Of a DNA stretch of 64,000 bases, positions 50,084-60,192 are shown in pieces (position 1 is the first letter of the stretch; every line of letters begins with the position of its first letter). Both the position numbers and the translations under genes were made by a program. A model generated the notes under the pieces. It ran no database searches, was not told where the DNA came from, and saw only the letters and a program-made list of their open reading frames with translations. Location of the stretch: assembly GCA_963845085.1 (NCBI GenBank), contig CAWJQI010000001.1, forward strand, positions 1 to 64,000, written 5' to 3'. This DNA comes from Candidatus Fermentibacterota bacterium (GTDB taxonomy: Bacteria; Fermentibacterota; Fermentibacteria; Fermentibacterales; JCC-6).

Positions 50084-52144
50084 TCACTCCGCGCTACCAG
50101 CCATCGCTGGACGGTTGCATTCCTGCATGCCGTGAAGAATCAGTTCTACGATCCGCTCTGCTGATCGCGTCATGGCGAGCTCACGGTTCTCATCCTCGGT
50201 CAGCCCGTTCTTAATGCCGGCTATACCGCGCGACTTCAGCTCATCGGCGATCGCGTCGTACTCATCCCATGATTCACCCCTCCGCTGGTAAATCACTCGC
50301 AGCTCCTCGGAGTACGGTGCTGTCTTCTGGTGGTCCCACTGTAGCTCGGGCCTGGAACGGCCCTCCAACGCATCGAACACTAGCCGAGCGCAGCCACCGA
50401 ACGCGCCGACGAGATAGACAGGGCGCTCGGTACGGATGGTCAGGAGCGCTTCCTCAAGCACTCCCGGCATTCTGCCCCGATAGCCATCCCCGGCTGGCCC
50501 GAGACGGCCTCCGACGACGACGCGCGCCGCGACCTCATCGGCTTGCCGCTGCCGCATGATGGTAAGGCCGCGAGCCCATGCAAACCGTCGCATCGCGCGA
50601 GTCCACGGGGATGTCCGTTGCCGGCGCTGCAACGAATGCCGTGATCGACCGTCTCGTTGAGCCCTGCGGGCCTCGCGCAACGGCGCACCTCCACCAGCGC
50701 GCTCTGTCTATTAAGGCGAGCGACGACGGCTGGGGTAGTCGCGACAGGCCACGCCAAGTACGAGACCAGCTCTGCCGGGCGCGCGGCGCCAGACACAGCC
50801 TCGCCTCGAAGTTGCTCGATGGTCGGGTCGTACAAGAGGTCCGCGAGACGGACGGTATAGCCGACGGAGCCGAGGTGGCCGCCGTACGCAAGGCGAACTC
50901 CGGCTACCAACAGGTATCGCGAGATCTCGAGCAGCACCTCGTCGAGGTGCGGCTTGCGCAGACCGAATCGCGGGAGGTCTTCCGACTCCGAAATCGATAG
51001 CGCGACAAGGAGCTGCTGCGCCCGCAGGTCGTGGGCCTTGGCATGGCGCTCAAGAGGGGTCTCGACCGTGTACTCCCGCGAGGGATAGCACGGCGAGCTC
51101 CTCTGTTCCGAGCGGAGGATCGGGATACAGCAATGGCTTCGCCTTGTCCCGGTGCACCACCGTCACGAGCTCAGGACCCGAGGGGAGGATGTCGTCTCCA
51201 GGGCGTGCGCGCTGACGAAGCATCTCCTCCGCGTATGCGTGACGGAGGGTCTCTCGAAGAAGCGAGTCGACGACATCTCGCGGGTCGTCACGCCACCGGA
51301 GTACGGGCGCATTGCCTGCGTATGGGAAGCGCCGAATCTCGCGCTCCTGTAGCGCGTCGACGATCACGAACGGCCTCTGGTAGCGCTTCGCGAAGAGGAC
51401 CTCTCTGCGGCACCACGACCGTGACGAGTAGGCATCGGTCGCAACTGCGAGGAGCGCAGAGTCGGTCACTCCGTCCTCAATCGCCTTGGCGAAGCGAGAA
51501 CCGGACGCGATATCTCCGCAGTCGAACCAGGTCTTCTCCGGCTGGTTCGCCTTCAAGTACTCGAGCAGCGAGTTAACAACGCCGGGCTTCTTGCCCACAT
51601 CGATCTTCGCGTGGCTGAGGAAGATGGTCACCGCAGGGGCGTCGTCGTCGGTCGGGTGCGGGCGCAGACGGCGGATCAGAAGGTGCAGCATCCGACGCGC
51701 CACGAACTTCTTGCGCTCCTCATCATCGGGCTCATCGAACGCTCGAAGGAAGCTCAGGTCTTTGAGGCGCTCGTCGACTGGCCAAGCAAAGCTACTGAGG
51801 CTCACGGGGAGGAAGCGATGGTTGGGAGACTCGTCGCAAAGCTCGCGGAGCTTGACCGCGTAATCCCCCCACGTGATACCGCCGTCCTTGCCGGTCCTCG
51901 AATGCACGACAAGCTGGTCGTCAGCCAGCAGCACGACGAGCACGCGGTCTGCCTCGTCGCTGAGTCGCGGCTCGGGCGGCATGAACGAGTAGTCGTCAGG
52001 CGTGAAGCTGGTGGGGATGCGAAGGCCTGGAACCGCAGCGTCATCGTTGATGACCGCTCGGAGGTACTCTGCCATTGCGGAGGCATCGGTCGACGCAGGA
52101 TGAAACTCGAATTGAACAAGTACTGGAAAGCGAAGTCCGCTCAC
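50084..52144 (-). CDS. TIR plus SLOG (cluster-2 type) protein, ~685 aa, split by about three frameshifts
   Basis: TIR: IFLSHAK..WFD..DI..G..F..AI..YSSRSWCRRE; SLOG: ALSISESEDL...LAYGGHL, LTIMR...ARVVVGG..GYRGRMPGVLEEA...PVYLVGAFGG. Confidence 0.8.
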
Positions 52145-52169
52145 GTATTAACGCTCCTCATGTTCTTAA

Positions 52170-52197
52170 TCGCCCAACAATTCTTCTACAGCTGTCT
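52170..52197 (-). other. Cassette core site GTTGGGC in an attI-like context
   Basis: CTGTAGAAGAATT-GTTGGGCGA; 9-bp complement of TCGCCCAAC at 46347..46339; no attC palindrome upstream. Confidence 0.55.
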
Positions 52198-52227
52198 GCT
52201 TGTAGGATCTTCTTTTTCAATGCCCCG

Positions 52228-52256
52228 AGAATGATGTTCCTTCTCTTCCATGTCAA
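52228..52256 (-). promoter_or_regulatory. Sigma70-type promoter reading into the cassette (Pc-like)
   Basis: TTGACA-17 nt-CATTCT, about 50 nt upstream of the core site. Confidence 0.6.
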
Positions 52257-52348
52257 TACCTATAGCACGACATGAAACGTCGTGTACACGCCATTCTTTG
52301 TTCTCCGGTGTTTTTGAACGGTTGGAAAGGTATCCAGTTCGGAGGTGC

Positions 52349-52762
52349 TTACCTTACAATCCCTACCTGCCTGTAGAAACTCAGGAAGTCCTCCTCCCCC
52401 GTCTCCTCCAGGATGAGCCCGTCCACGATTCGGTACAGGGTCATTCCGGTCCAGGTTGTTTTGATTCCGGAGGCGGGGATGCCAAGAATGGGTGCGGAAT
52501 GGGTTCCGGTGAAGCTCCAGCGGAGCACCACCTTTTCTCCACCGTCCACCACATCAAGCACTGTTACCTCGGAGTCCGGAAAGGCTGCCCTGAAGCCCTC
52601 CATCACCCTCCTGTAAAGCCGTGGGCCGTGGATTACCATGGGTATCACGGGGTACTTCACTGTGATTTCGGGATGAGCCAGTTCCTTGATAAGGTCGAGG
52701 CTTCCCTGGCCCCAGATCTCAAGGAAGCGTTGGGCTATGTCTGCGTTTTTTGTTGCAGCCAT
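52349..52762 (-). CDS. SnoaL-like ester cyclase
   Basis: FRAAFPD...DVVDGGEKVVLRWSFTGTH...GIPASG...YRIVDGLI. Confidence 0.88.
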   Translation of the reverse strand: MAATKNADIAQRFLEIWGQGSLDLIKELAHPEITVKYPVIPMVIHGPRLYRRVMEGFRAAFPDSEVTVLDVVDGGEKVVLRWSFTGTHSAPILGIPASGIKTTWTGMTLYRIVDGLILEETGEEDFLSFYRQVGIVR

Positions 52763-52822
52763 CTTCCCTCCCATCGTGTTTTCCTGCATCGGCAGAGAAG
52801 TCGGAGCGTGCTCCCCGCCCCC

Positions 52823-55186
52823 CTACCACCTCTCCGGCACACTTCTCCAGATCTGGTCGAAGGCTGCCTGCCAGCTCTTTGATTCACCGAGTTGCCTGGC
52901 CTTCTGGGCCATCGCTTTTCTTGCTGGTTCGTTGTCGGTGAGCTCAATGATCTTCTGGGCGAGGTCCGCGGCGTCCCTTCCGTGGTAGGTGAGGCCTGTT
53001 TCGTTTGGTCTGATGATCTCCTGGGGGCCGCCCATGTCGGTTACGATGGCGGGGAGGCCTGAGGCCTGTGCTTCGAGAACGCTGTTGCCGTAGGTGTCGG
53101 TGGTGGATGGGAAGACGAAGATGTCTGCGGAGGCGTATGCCTTTGAGAGGTCCTCGCCCGACATGCGGCCGGCGAGGTAGCCGCCGTTGCCGAGTATCCT
53201 GCTGCCCAGCTCTCCCATCCAGGGGCCGTCGCCGACTACGAAGAGCTCAATGTCCTGCCTGGTCTGCCTGACGATGTTGAATGCTTCGGCGAGGACGTCG
53301 AGGTCTTTTTCCCGGCTGACCCTGCCGGTGTAGAGGAGTTTTGTTGCCTCTTTGGTTCCGCCGAACTTGGTGAGGAATGCTTCGTCTCTCCACTTCGGTG
53401 AGAAGGTCTCGGGGTCGGTGCCCCTGGGGAAGGGTTCCATCTTCTTGCGGTCTACGCCGAGTGATGCGAGGTCGTCCATGTAGTAGGTGCTGGGGACCAT
53501 GACGCGGTCAACCATGCTGTAGAACCATGTCATGCCGCCCGCTGCGAACTCGCCCATCCAGGCGTCGGCCACTATCTCCCTGATGTGCCTGGGGAAGTCG
53601 GTGTGGTAGATGCCGACGGTGGGGATGCCGAGGATCTTCGCTGCCGCGATGACGGCAAAGCCCATGGGGCCGGGCGTGGAGATGTAGATCATCCCGAACT
53701 CGTTCTCCTCGAGGAACCTGAGGAGTTCGAGTATCGGGGGGATGGCGAGGGTTTTTGACGCGTAGTCGGGAACGGGGAACTCGGTCACGGGCTGGAAGTT
53801 CACAAGCCAGCCCGGGAAGGAGATCTGACGGCTCTGGCTTGTTACGAGGGCAAGCTCCTTGCCGTTGTCCATGGCGAGCCTTGCGAACCTTTGGAGGGTT
53901 CGGGAGACTCCGTTCAGGTCGTCTATGGTGTCGGTGACCCAGGCTCTTTTTTCCAAATTGTGGGCGGCGGGGGAAGCGATGTTGAGGTGCTTTGTGATGG
54001 TGTTGACCGATTCCCTGCCCCTCTTCCTGTCGAGGTAGGCTATGGGGAACGGGGCGTTGAGGAGGAATACCGGGAGCATGGCGTTGAGCGAGCCCACGGC
54101 GTCGAGCATGCGGCCCTCGCCGAACCTTGTCACCATGAGGCCGATGAACCTCTGGAGGAGGCGGTTGGTGAGGCGGTTGAGGATCTGGAAGGTGCGCTCC
54201 TCTATCCCCTCCTGGAGAAGCTCGGGGCTGCCCCTTCTGAGGTTCAGGTCACGTCCTATCTCTACGAGTTCGTCGCCGAGGAAGGTTTCGAAATCGGGTT
54301 CCCCCGACTTCTTCGCCTTCTTGAGAAGCTGGTGGAAAAGGAAGTCGGCCTTGTGCCAGAGTGTCGGTTCCTCTTCCTCAGTGTTGGTTTTCGGGCTGAA
54401 GAAGCTGTCGGCGGCCATGGTGGCGACCGAAGGGACCTTTTTGGCGTTGAGGGAGTGGCGGTAGAAGCTGTAGGCGATGGAGTAGACGGCGTATGCCGAC
54501 CTGGTGGCGGTTCCGTGTTCACCGCCGGGAACCCCCTCCCCGTTCCTTACTGCCTTCAGGAAGTCTTCTGTTGTTTTTGCCTTCGGAACCATGGTCCAGG
54601 TGAGGCCTATGAACCTTCCGCAGTGGTCGTCGCTTCCCGCGGTGCAGCCCGTGAAGCTCCGGCCCTTTATGGCTGCGGCCGTCTCGAGGGCTGCGCTGTT
54701 CTCCCACGAGGCGCGGGTGCCGTTCCTTACCTCGATGAGTTCCATCGCCTTCACAAGGTCGGTCCATTCACCGGGGGGAAGGTGCCCCCCCGGTGAGTAG
54801 AAGGGATGCGCCAGCGAGTGGGCGATTTGTTGGTCCCTGAGGTATTCGAGGAGTTCGAAGCCCCTTTCCCTCAGGGCTGATATCCTGTCGTGCTGTTGGT
54901 GGTCGATGCCGTAGACCAGGATGTGAACCATGCTCTTGCTCTCGGGCATTACCATGGCCACCTCTTCGCTCATGAACACCCCGGGAAGGCCATTTATCTT
55001 CATGACGCCGTCGATGGTGTTCATGTCGGTTATGGTGACGAAGTCCATGCCGCGCGAGCGGGCCTGCTCGTACACGAGTTCGGGGGGTGTGAAGCTCTCG
55101 GGAGCCTTGAGGGCCCGTAGTATCCAGCGCGCCGAAGTGGTTGAGGCGCTGGAATGAACGTGCATGTCACATTTCCGTGAAGTCAC
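52823..55186 (-). CDS. PHP-domain plus GT4 glycosyltransferase fusion
   Basis: CDMHVHS, ITD, AHPF, GSDDH; DDLNGVS, YHTDFP, GRVSREKDL, FPSTTDTYGNSVLEAQASG. Confidence 0.88.
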   Translation of the reverse strand: MTSRKCDMHVHSSASTTSARWILRALKAPESFTPPELVYEQARSRGMDFVTITDMNTIDGVMKINGLPGVFMSEEVAMVMPESKSMVHILVYGIDHQQHDRISALRERGFELLEYLRDQQIAHSLAHPFYSPGGHLPPGEWTDLVKAMELIEVRNGTRASWENSAALETAAAIKGRSFTGCTAGSDDHCGRFIGLTWTMVPKAKTTEDFLKAVRNGEGVPGGEHGTATRSAYAVYSIAYSFYRHSLNAKKVPSVATMAADSFFSPKTNTEEEEPTLWHKADFLFHQLLKKAKKSGEPDFETFLGDELVEIGRDLNLRRGSPELLQEGIEERTFQILNRLTNRLLQRFIGLMVTRFGEGRMLDAVGSLNAMLPVFLLNAPFPIAYLDRKRGRESVNTITKHLNIASPAAHNLEKRAWVTDTIDDLNGVSRTLQRFARLAMDNGKELALVTSQSRQISFPGWLVNFQPVTEFPVPDYASKTLAIPPILELLRFLEENEFGMIYISTPGPMGFAVIAAAKILGIPTVGIYHTDFPRHIREIVADAWMGEFAAGGMTWFYSMVDRVMVPSTYYMDDLASLGVDRKKMEPFPRGTDPETFSPKWRDEAFLTKFGGTKEATKLLYTGRVSREKDLDVLAEAFNIVRQTRQDIELFVVGDGPWMGELGSRILGNGGYLAGRMSGEDLSKAYASADIFVFPSTTDTYGNSVLEAQASGLPAIVTDMGGPQEIIRPNETGLTYHGRDAADLAQKIIELTDNEPARKAMAQKARQLGESKSWQAAFDQIWRSVPERW

Positions 55187-55223
55187 TGCGCACCTTCCTG
55201 TTTATTCGTGAAGATACAACCCG

Positions 55224-56216
55224 TCAGCGATCCAGTGCAATGATACCCTGCGGGCCCTCTCCCCCTGCAGTCAGGGTGTCCTCCACGCTGAAGTCGGCCG
55301 GGCTGAGCACCCTCACGCAGTTGCCCCCGAAGTCGGTGGCGTAGATGCTGTTCTCGAGGTACGCGAGGCAGGTCGAACTGAAGCCCGTATCAACCCAGTT
55401 GAAATCCCCGCTCTCAGTGTAGACGAGGAGCTGGTTGCCGCTCCATCCGTTGGGGCTGATGAATCCGTCTGGTGTCCTGACCGGCTCGCCGGGGGTGCCG
55501 CCCGTGCTGATCTGCTGTGTTATCTGCATTGTCACGGGGTCGATGATGGAGATGGAACCGTCGTTGGCGTAGGTGGTGGCCCCCACGTGGACCATGCCAG
55601 TCTCCGGGATTGCCCTTGCCCACGTGGTGTTGATGCCTGTGTCCAGCCAGGCCAGGCTGTCACCAGTTGCCGCATCCAGCACCGTTACGCCGCCGGGGCT
55701 TGTGGTCTCGGGCCAGCTTCCGTGGGTGACGAAGATGCGTCCGTTGCTGTACGCGATGCCCGATGGGTTTGCAGGCACATCCCACTGGTTGGTGACGGTG
55801 AGGTCCGTAAGGCTTGCTTCGGCCACCTTGGAGGTAAGCAGAAGGGTTATGTAGACAACGTCGTCATTCCTGGCAACGCCGTAGGGGTTGCTGCCCACGG
55901 GAAAGTAGATGGTGGCGTCGACTGTGCCGCCCTGCTCCGAGTCGAAAAGCCTGAGATCGGCGTCCAGTGAGCTCAGGACAGCGAAGCGGCCGTCGCCGAT
56001 GTCGATGATGGCATTGGGCGTGTTGCCGGAGAGCCAGCAGGTCTGAACGAGGCTGTCGGACTTGGGGAACCATGCGTCCACGGTGTTGGACATGCCGTTG
56101 TACCAGACAACGATGTCGCCGGCGGGGTTCTCGTTCTGCGACGGCCCGGTGTTGTCACGGCAGCCCGTGGTGAGGGTTACTGCAAGGGTGGCAAGGATCA
56201 GCGCGATTCTTCTCAT
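55224..56216 (-). CDS. Beta-propeller lipoprotein (YncE/BtuG-like, probable cobalamin binding)
   Basis: Lipobox-like TTGC; repeated GxxPxxI blades; coupled to the TonB receptor under a B12 riboswitch. Confidence 0.7.
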   Translation of the reverse strand: MRRIALILATLAVTLTTGCRDNTGPSQNENPAGDIVVWYNGMSNTVDAWFPKSDSLVQTCWLSGNTPNAIIDIGDGRFAVLSSLDADLRLFDSEQGGTVDATIYFPVGSNPYGVARNDDVVYITLLLTSKVAEASLTDLTVTNQWDVPANPSGIAYSNGRIFVTHGSWPETTSPGGVTVLDAATGDSLAWLDTGINTTWARAIPETGMVHVGATTYANDGSISIIDPVTMQITQQISTGGTPGEPVRTPDGFISPNGWSGNQLLVYTESGDFNWVDTGFSSTCLAYLENSIYATDFGGNCVRVLSPADFSVEDTLTAGGEGPQGIIALDR

Positions 56217-58072
56217 CTTCGTTCTCCGGTCCCGATGGTTATGCCGAACGTTCTCGGCCTGCCGCGGTACCCGCCGGATTCCTCGTAGTCGGTTCCGGCG
56301 GCGTTGGTGACCCACGCCGCAAGCCTGGTCACCCCGATGGGGAACGCGGCGCTGGCGTCGAGTATCAGATAGGGTTCGAGGCTTTCCGTCTCGGTCCTGT
56401 TGGTGAACCTCCTGCCCTGGCCGGAGAGCGAGAGCTCGAACTCCATGCTTCAGCGTTGCCAGGGTTAAATGGCCTCCTCCGGTGATTTGCGGCCTGTAGG
56501 GAATGAGCATGCCCTCCCTTGTCGTTCCGGGCGTCTCGTCGGTGGCCGTTGCGAAGGTCACGTTGCCCCCGATTCTGAACGGACCGGCGGTTGCCGCCGC
56601 TTCGAGCTCGACCCCCCTTGAAAGGCTGCTTGCGGTGTTTTCCGGAACCCAGATGCCGTCCCCGTCGGGAAGCCAGAGTATCAGCCGTTTTGTGTCGGTG
56701 ATGAAGCCGGTTGCGCAGAGGGCTGTATTGCCTGCGGTGATGTATCTGAGGCCTGCCTCGGCCCCGATGGACGTCTGGGGAAGGAGGTCGGGGTTGCCCC
56801 GGGCGAAGGCGTCGGAGGGCCAGTAAAGGTCGTTGAACGTGGGAACCGTTGCGTCACGGGAGACCGCTGCCCAGGGAATGATCGTTCCCGAGCCGCTGAA
56901 CCGCTGCCCTGGCGTTCCACCACGGTTCTCCGTCGGTTGCTCCGCCCCTGAGCCAGATTGAGGCTGTCCGGTTCTCCCACCCCACTGCGCTCCATGGTGT
57001 TATTCTGAAGTGGCTGCCGGAGGCGGAGCTTTCCAGGCCGCGCCACTGGATACCCGAGCGCGCTGCCAGTGGTCCCAGTGTGAAGGCGGCCTCCGCGTCG
57101 GCCCCGAAGTCGGTGTGTCTGTCGTCCTGAACCTGGGGAACGGTGCTCTTGAAGGCCATGCCCCCCGCTCCCGCCCTTAGCGTGACGGGGCCTGCGCCCC
57201 CCCAGAACTCAAGCTGGCCCTGGCGCCTTGTGGCGTCGGTTGCGAGGGTCCAGTCCGGCGATTCGGTCTCACCGTCGGCCCCGGTTGCCAGGATGCCCCA
57301 GTTGCCGTTCGAGAGAATTGATGTCAGTGCGTACGCCGTGCTGCCTTCGGCGCCCACCGACCTTTTGAGCGAGATGCCGAGGCGGCCCGGGCGTGATGTC
57401 TCCGTTGTAACCCACCCTCGCGCCCCCCCTGTGGTCGGCTTCGGCGAACAGCCGCCAGGGGCTGCCGGCGGCTTCCGTCCTGTAGTTGAAGAAGCCTGCC
57501 ATGCCCCCGCCCACGGCAGTTGAGCCCCCCCTTCCCACCTCAAGCGCGCCGAACACGGCCGGGTCGGAAAGCCCTGCGGGCAGGCCGTCACGCGCGGTCT
57601 CTACGGGATGGCCGTCTATCATCCATCTGGAATGCCCGGGGTCGGCCCCGCGTGACGACAGCGAGATGACGGGCATGGCGCCGCCGTACTCCCTTGCCGC
57701 AATGCCGGGGGTGAGTTTTGCAAGGGCCCTGGAGCCAGTTCTTGCAAGGTCCTGAAGCTCGTTTGAGCCAAGGGTTACAACGGATGGGACCGATGCCCTG
57801 AAGGATGAGCCCCGTGCAGCCACGAGGATCACGCCGCCCGACGAGACCGGGAAGGGTTGCAGGATTGCCGTGTTCTCTTCCGGGCTGCCCGTCCAGTCCC
57901 TGAAGCCGGTGGCGTGGACGGTTATGCGGCCGGGCTCGTCACCCGTCGGTTCGTACCGGCCGTAACTGTCGGTCTGCCCGTACCATGCGCCGTCCCAGCC
58001 GACCCATGCGCCGGGAACGGGTTCACCTGCGGGGTCGGTGACAAGCAGCGAGGCCATGAGGAAGAGAAGCAT
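56213..58072 (-). CDS. TonB-dependent receptor (BtuB-like), several frameshifts
   Basis: Plug-domain PGIAAREYGG...SSRG...IDGHP, LEVGRGG; PTFNDLY, NPDLLPQTS, LIPYRP and GYRGRPRTFG across frames. Confidence 0.75.
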
Positions 58073-58159
58073 AAAAAAAACCGCCCTTCATTCGCTGCCG
58101 CGAATGCAGGACGGCCGGCGCGAACCCTGAAGCGGGGTTCAATACACCGTGCAGCCCGG

Positions 58160-58310
58160 GGGTGAGTATCCTGACTTCCGGATCGGCCCTTGCTCCGCCT
58201 TCCCAGCCCTTTGCGGCCAGTGGCATCTGGAGTTCGGTACCCGGTTACAGTGGCGCTACCGTGACGGAATTACACCGTCTTCCTGCACCCGCGGCAAACG
58301 AACATACCGG
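58160..58310 (-). ncRNA. Cobalamin riboswitch
   Basis: AGGAAGACGGTGTAATTCCGTCACGG..GCCACTGTAA...GCCACTG...GGGAAGG...GAAGTCAGGATAC (B12 box) upstream of the receptor. Confidence 0.9.
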
Positions 58311-58331
58311 GGGGATCCGCCGGGGTCAACT

Positions 58332-59237
58332 TCAGCCAGTGACCACCCTGTTCCGGCCTTCTTCCTTGCCCCGGTACATGAGGGCGTCGGCCCTCTTTAC
58401 AACCGACACCTCGTCGTCGCCGGGCAGAGCCAGGGTGGCGCCGATCGACACAGTCACCGGAATGGCCTCGTTATCGCATACGGCACGGGTTGCGGCCACG
58501 AGGTTCCTGAGCCTCTCCGCGATCTCGGTGAGGTTTTCCGATGCCAGGTGCGGGAAGACGCCGAGAAACTCCTCTCCCCCCCACCGGCCCACGGTGTCGA
58601 ACGGCCTCACCGAGCCAAGGAGCGTTCTTGCCACCGTGGTCAGAACCCTGTCGCCCGCATGGTGGCCGAAGCGGTCGTTCACGTCCTTGAAGCGGTCGAT
58701 GTCGATGAACAGGATGCCGAACGGTATCCCGTTCCGCTTCATGGCAGCCACTCTCGCAGACACCACGGCCTCGAGCTGCCTTCTGTTGGGCAGGCCCGTG
58801 AGGTTGTCGGCGAGGGAGAGCCTTTTCAACTCCCCGATCTCTTCAAGAAGGTTCTCCCGGGAGCCTGATTCGGTGAATATCTCTACCCCGAGGGTTGATC
58901 CGTCCCCGAGCACCAGGCTCATGGTCTGAACGTTCACGGCCACCCTGTGCCCCTCGCGGTGGTGAAGGAAGACCCTTGCCCTCCTCTGCTGCGAATCCGA
59001 CAGGGTGGCGGCCAGGGGGCAGCACCCCATGCAGAGCTCGCGGCCCGCATCGTCCACGTGCACAAGGATGTTGTCGGCGCACCTCTTGCCGAGAACCTCC
59101 GATTCGCTGTAGCCCGTTATCCGCTCGGCTGCGGCGTTCCAAAGCACGACGGTGCGGTTGCTGTCGACCATGTAAACCCCCTCGTTGATGGCTTCGAGGA
59201 GGGCTTTCATAACGTTGCCGGGCACGGGGTCAGACAT
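58332..59237 (-). CDS. PAS-GGDEF diguanylate cyclase
   Basis: WNAAAERITGY; DNLTGLPNRR, DIDRFKDVNDRFGH, RWGGEEF. Confidence 0.93.
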   Translation of the reverse strand: MSDPVPGNVMKALLEAINEGVYMVDSNRTVVLWNAAAERITGYSESEVLGKRCADNILVHVDDAGRELCMGCCPLAATLSDSQQRRARVFLHHREGHRVAVNVQTMSLVLGDGSTLGVEIFTESGSRENLLEEIGELKRLSLADNLTGLPNRRQLEAVVSARVAAMKRNGIPFGILFIDIDRFKDVNDRFGHHAGDRVLTTVARTLLGSVRPFDTVGRWGGEEFLGVFPHLASENLTEIAERLRNLVAATRAVCDNEAIPVTVSIGATLALPGDDEVSVVKRADALMYRGKEEGRNRVVTG

Positions 59238-60192
59238 GGTTCCTCAGCATGAGTTCCGTTGGATGGGGGTTCAGGTAGTACTGCCCCTCGAGGTAGGCCG
59301 AACCGTGCATCATGATGTGGTGTTTGAGAAGCGTTATGGGAACGACAAGCGGGACAAGGCCCCTGTGATAGTCACCGAAAACGGCTGCAAGTTCGGCCTT
59401 TTCCCGCGGGTCAAGCACCTTCTTGAAGTAGCCGGCGATGTGCTCGAGAACGTTCGTGTTCTTCTTCACCGTGGCCTTCAGGGCGAGCGTCTGCATGAGC
59501 TTCCCGCGGTATGCAGCGGAAAGCGCGCCGATAGCGTCGTTCGAAGCCACGATGCGGCCGAGCTCGACAAGGCCCGAAGGGCTGTGGGCCATCAGGATGA
59601 GCTTGTGCCTGGTGTGGAACTCGACCAGGCTTCGGCGGGTCACACCACCGGCCTCCATGGAAAGCCACCTGTGGGTCACGAAGAGCCTCTCTATGAAATT
59701 CTCCCTGATGCCGTCGTCGTTTAGCCTGCCCTCTTCCTCTATCGGGAGAAGGGGAAATGCCTCGATGAAGGCGCGGGCGAAAACGCCCACACCGGTTTTC
59801 GTGACGCCGCCATTTTCTGTGTAGACCTTTACGCTCTTCATCCCCGAACTGGGCGACCTGCTCTTGAAAATGAACCCGCAGAGCGGGAGCTTTTCCAATT
59901 CGGCGATCTTCCGGCCGGCCCAGGATGACATTGCGGGCGTGATGTCCTTCATCGTTTTCTGCGTGAGCAGCCTGACGCTCCCCCCAACCTCCACAAGCCT
60001 CATGGCCTCGCGGGGAACCGGCAGGCCGCACTCTACCTCCGGGCAGACCGGCACGAAGGTGACGAACGAACCAAGCCTGTCGTGAAGAAAATGGTCGAGC
60101 TTGTGACCGCCGTCGTAACGGACCCTGTTGCCGAGAAGACAGGAGCTTATCCCGACAAGCGGGGTGTCACCGGGACCAGAAATCGCGTTCAA
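59230..60192 (-). CDS. DUF523/DUF1722 (YbgA / 2-thiouracil desulfurase-like) protein
   Basis: GISSCLLGNRVRYDGGHK, VCPEVECGLPVPRE, KSRSPSSG, FHTRHKLILMAHS, YLNPHP. Confidence 0.9.
   Translation of the reverse strand: MNAISGPGDTPLVGISSCLLGNRVRYDGGHKLDHFLHDRLGSFVTFVPVCPEVECGLPVPREAMRLVEVGGSVRLLTQKTMKDITPAMSSWAGRKIAELEKLPLCGFIFKSRSPSSGMKSVKVYTENGGVTKTGVGVFARAFIEAFPLLPIEEEGRLNDDGIRENFIERLFVTHRWLSMEAGGVTRRSLVEFHTRHKLILMAHSPSGLVELGRIVASNDAIGALSAAYRGKLMQTLALKATVKKNTNVLEHIAGYFKKVLDPREKAELAAVFGDYHRGLVPLVVPITLLKHHIMMHGSAYLEGQYYLNPHPTELMLRNHV

Noticed and set aside
48933..50087. 384 aa TIR-Nmad2 fusion shown in the ORF track
   Set aside because: Removing one base at ~49703 gives a natural TIR C-terminus ending in a TGA that overlaps the Nmad2 ATG (ATGA), like the other junctions in the operon; the linker in the fused frame looks out of frame
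47329..52144. Canonical Thoeris
   Set aside because: No SIR2-SLOG, Macro-TM or caspase effector; the SLOG is fused to a TIR and the TIR genes are interleaved with nucleotide-modification genes
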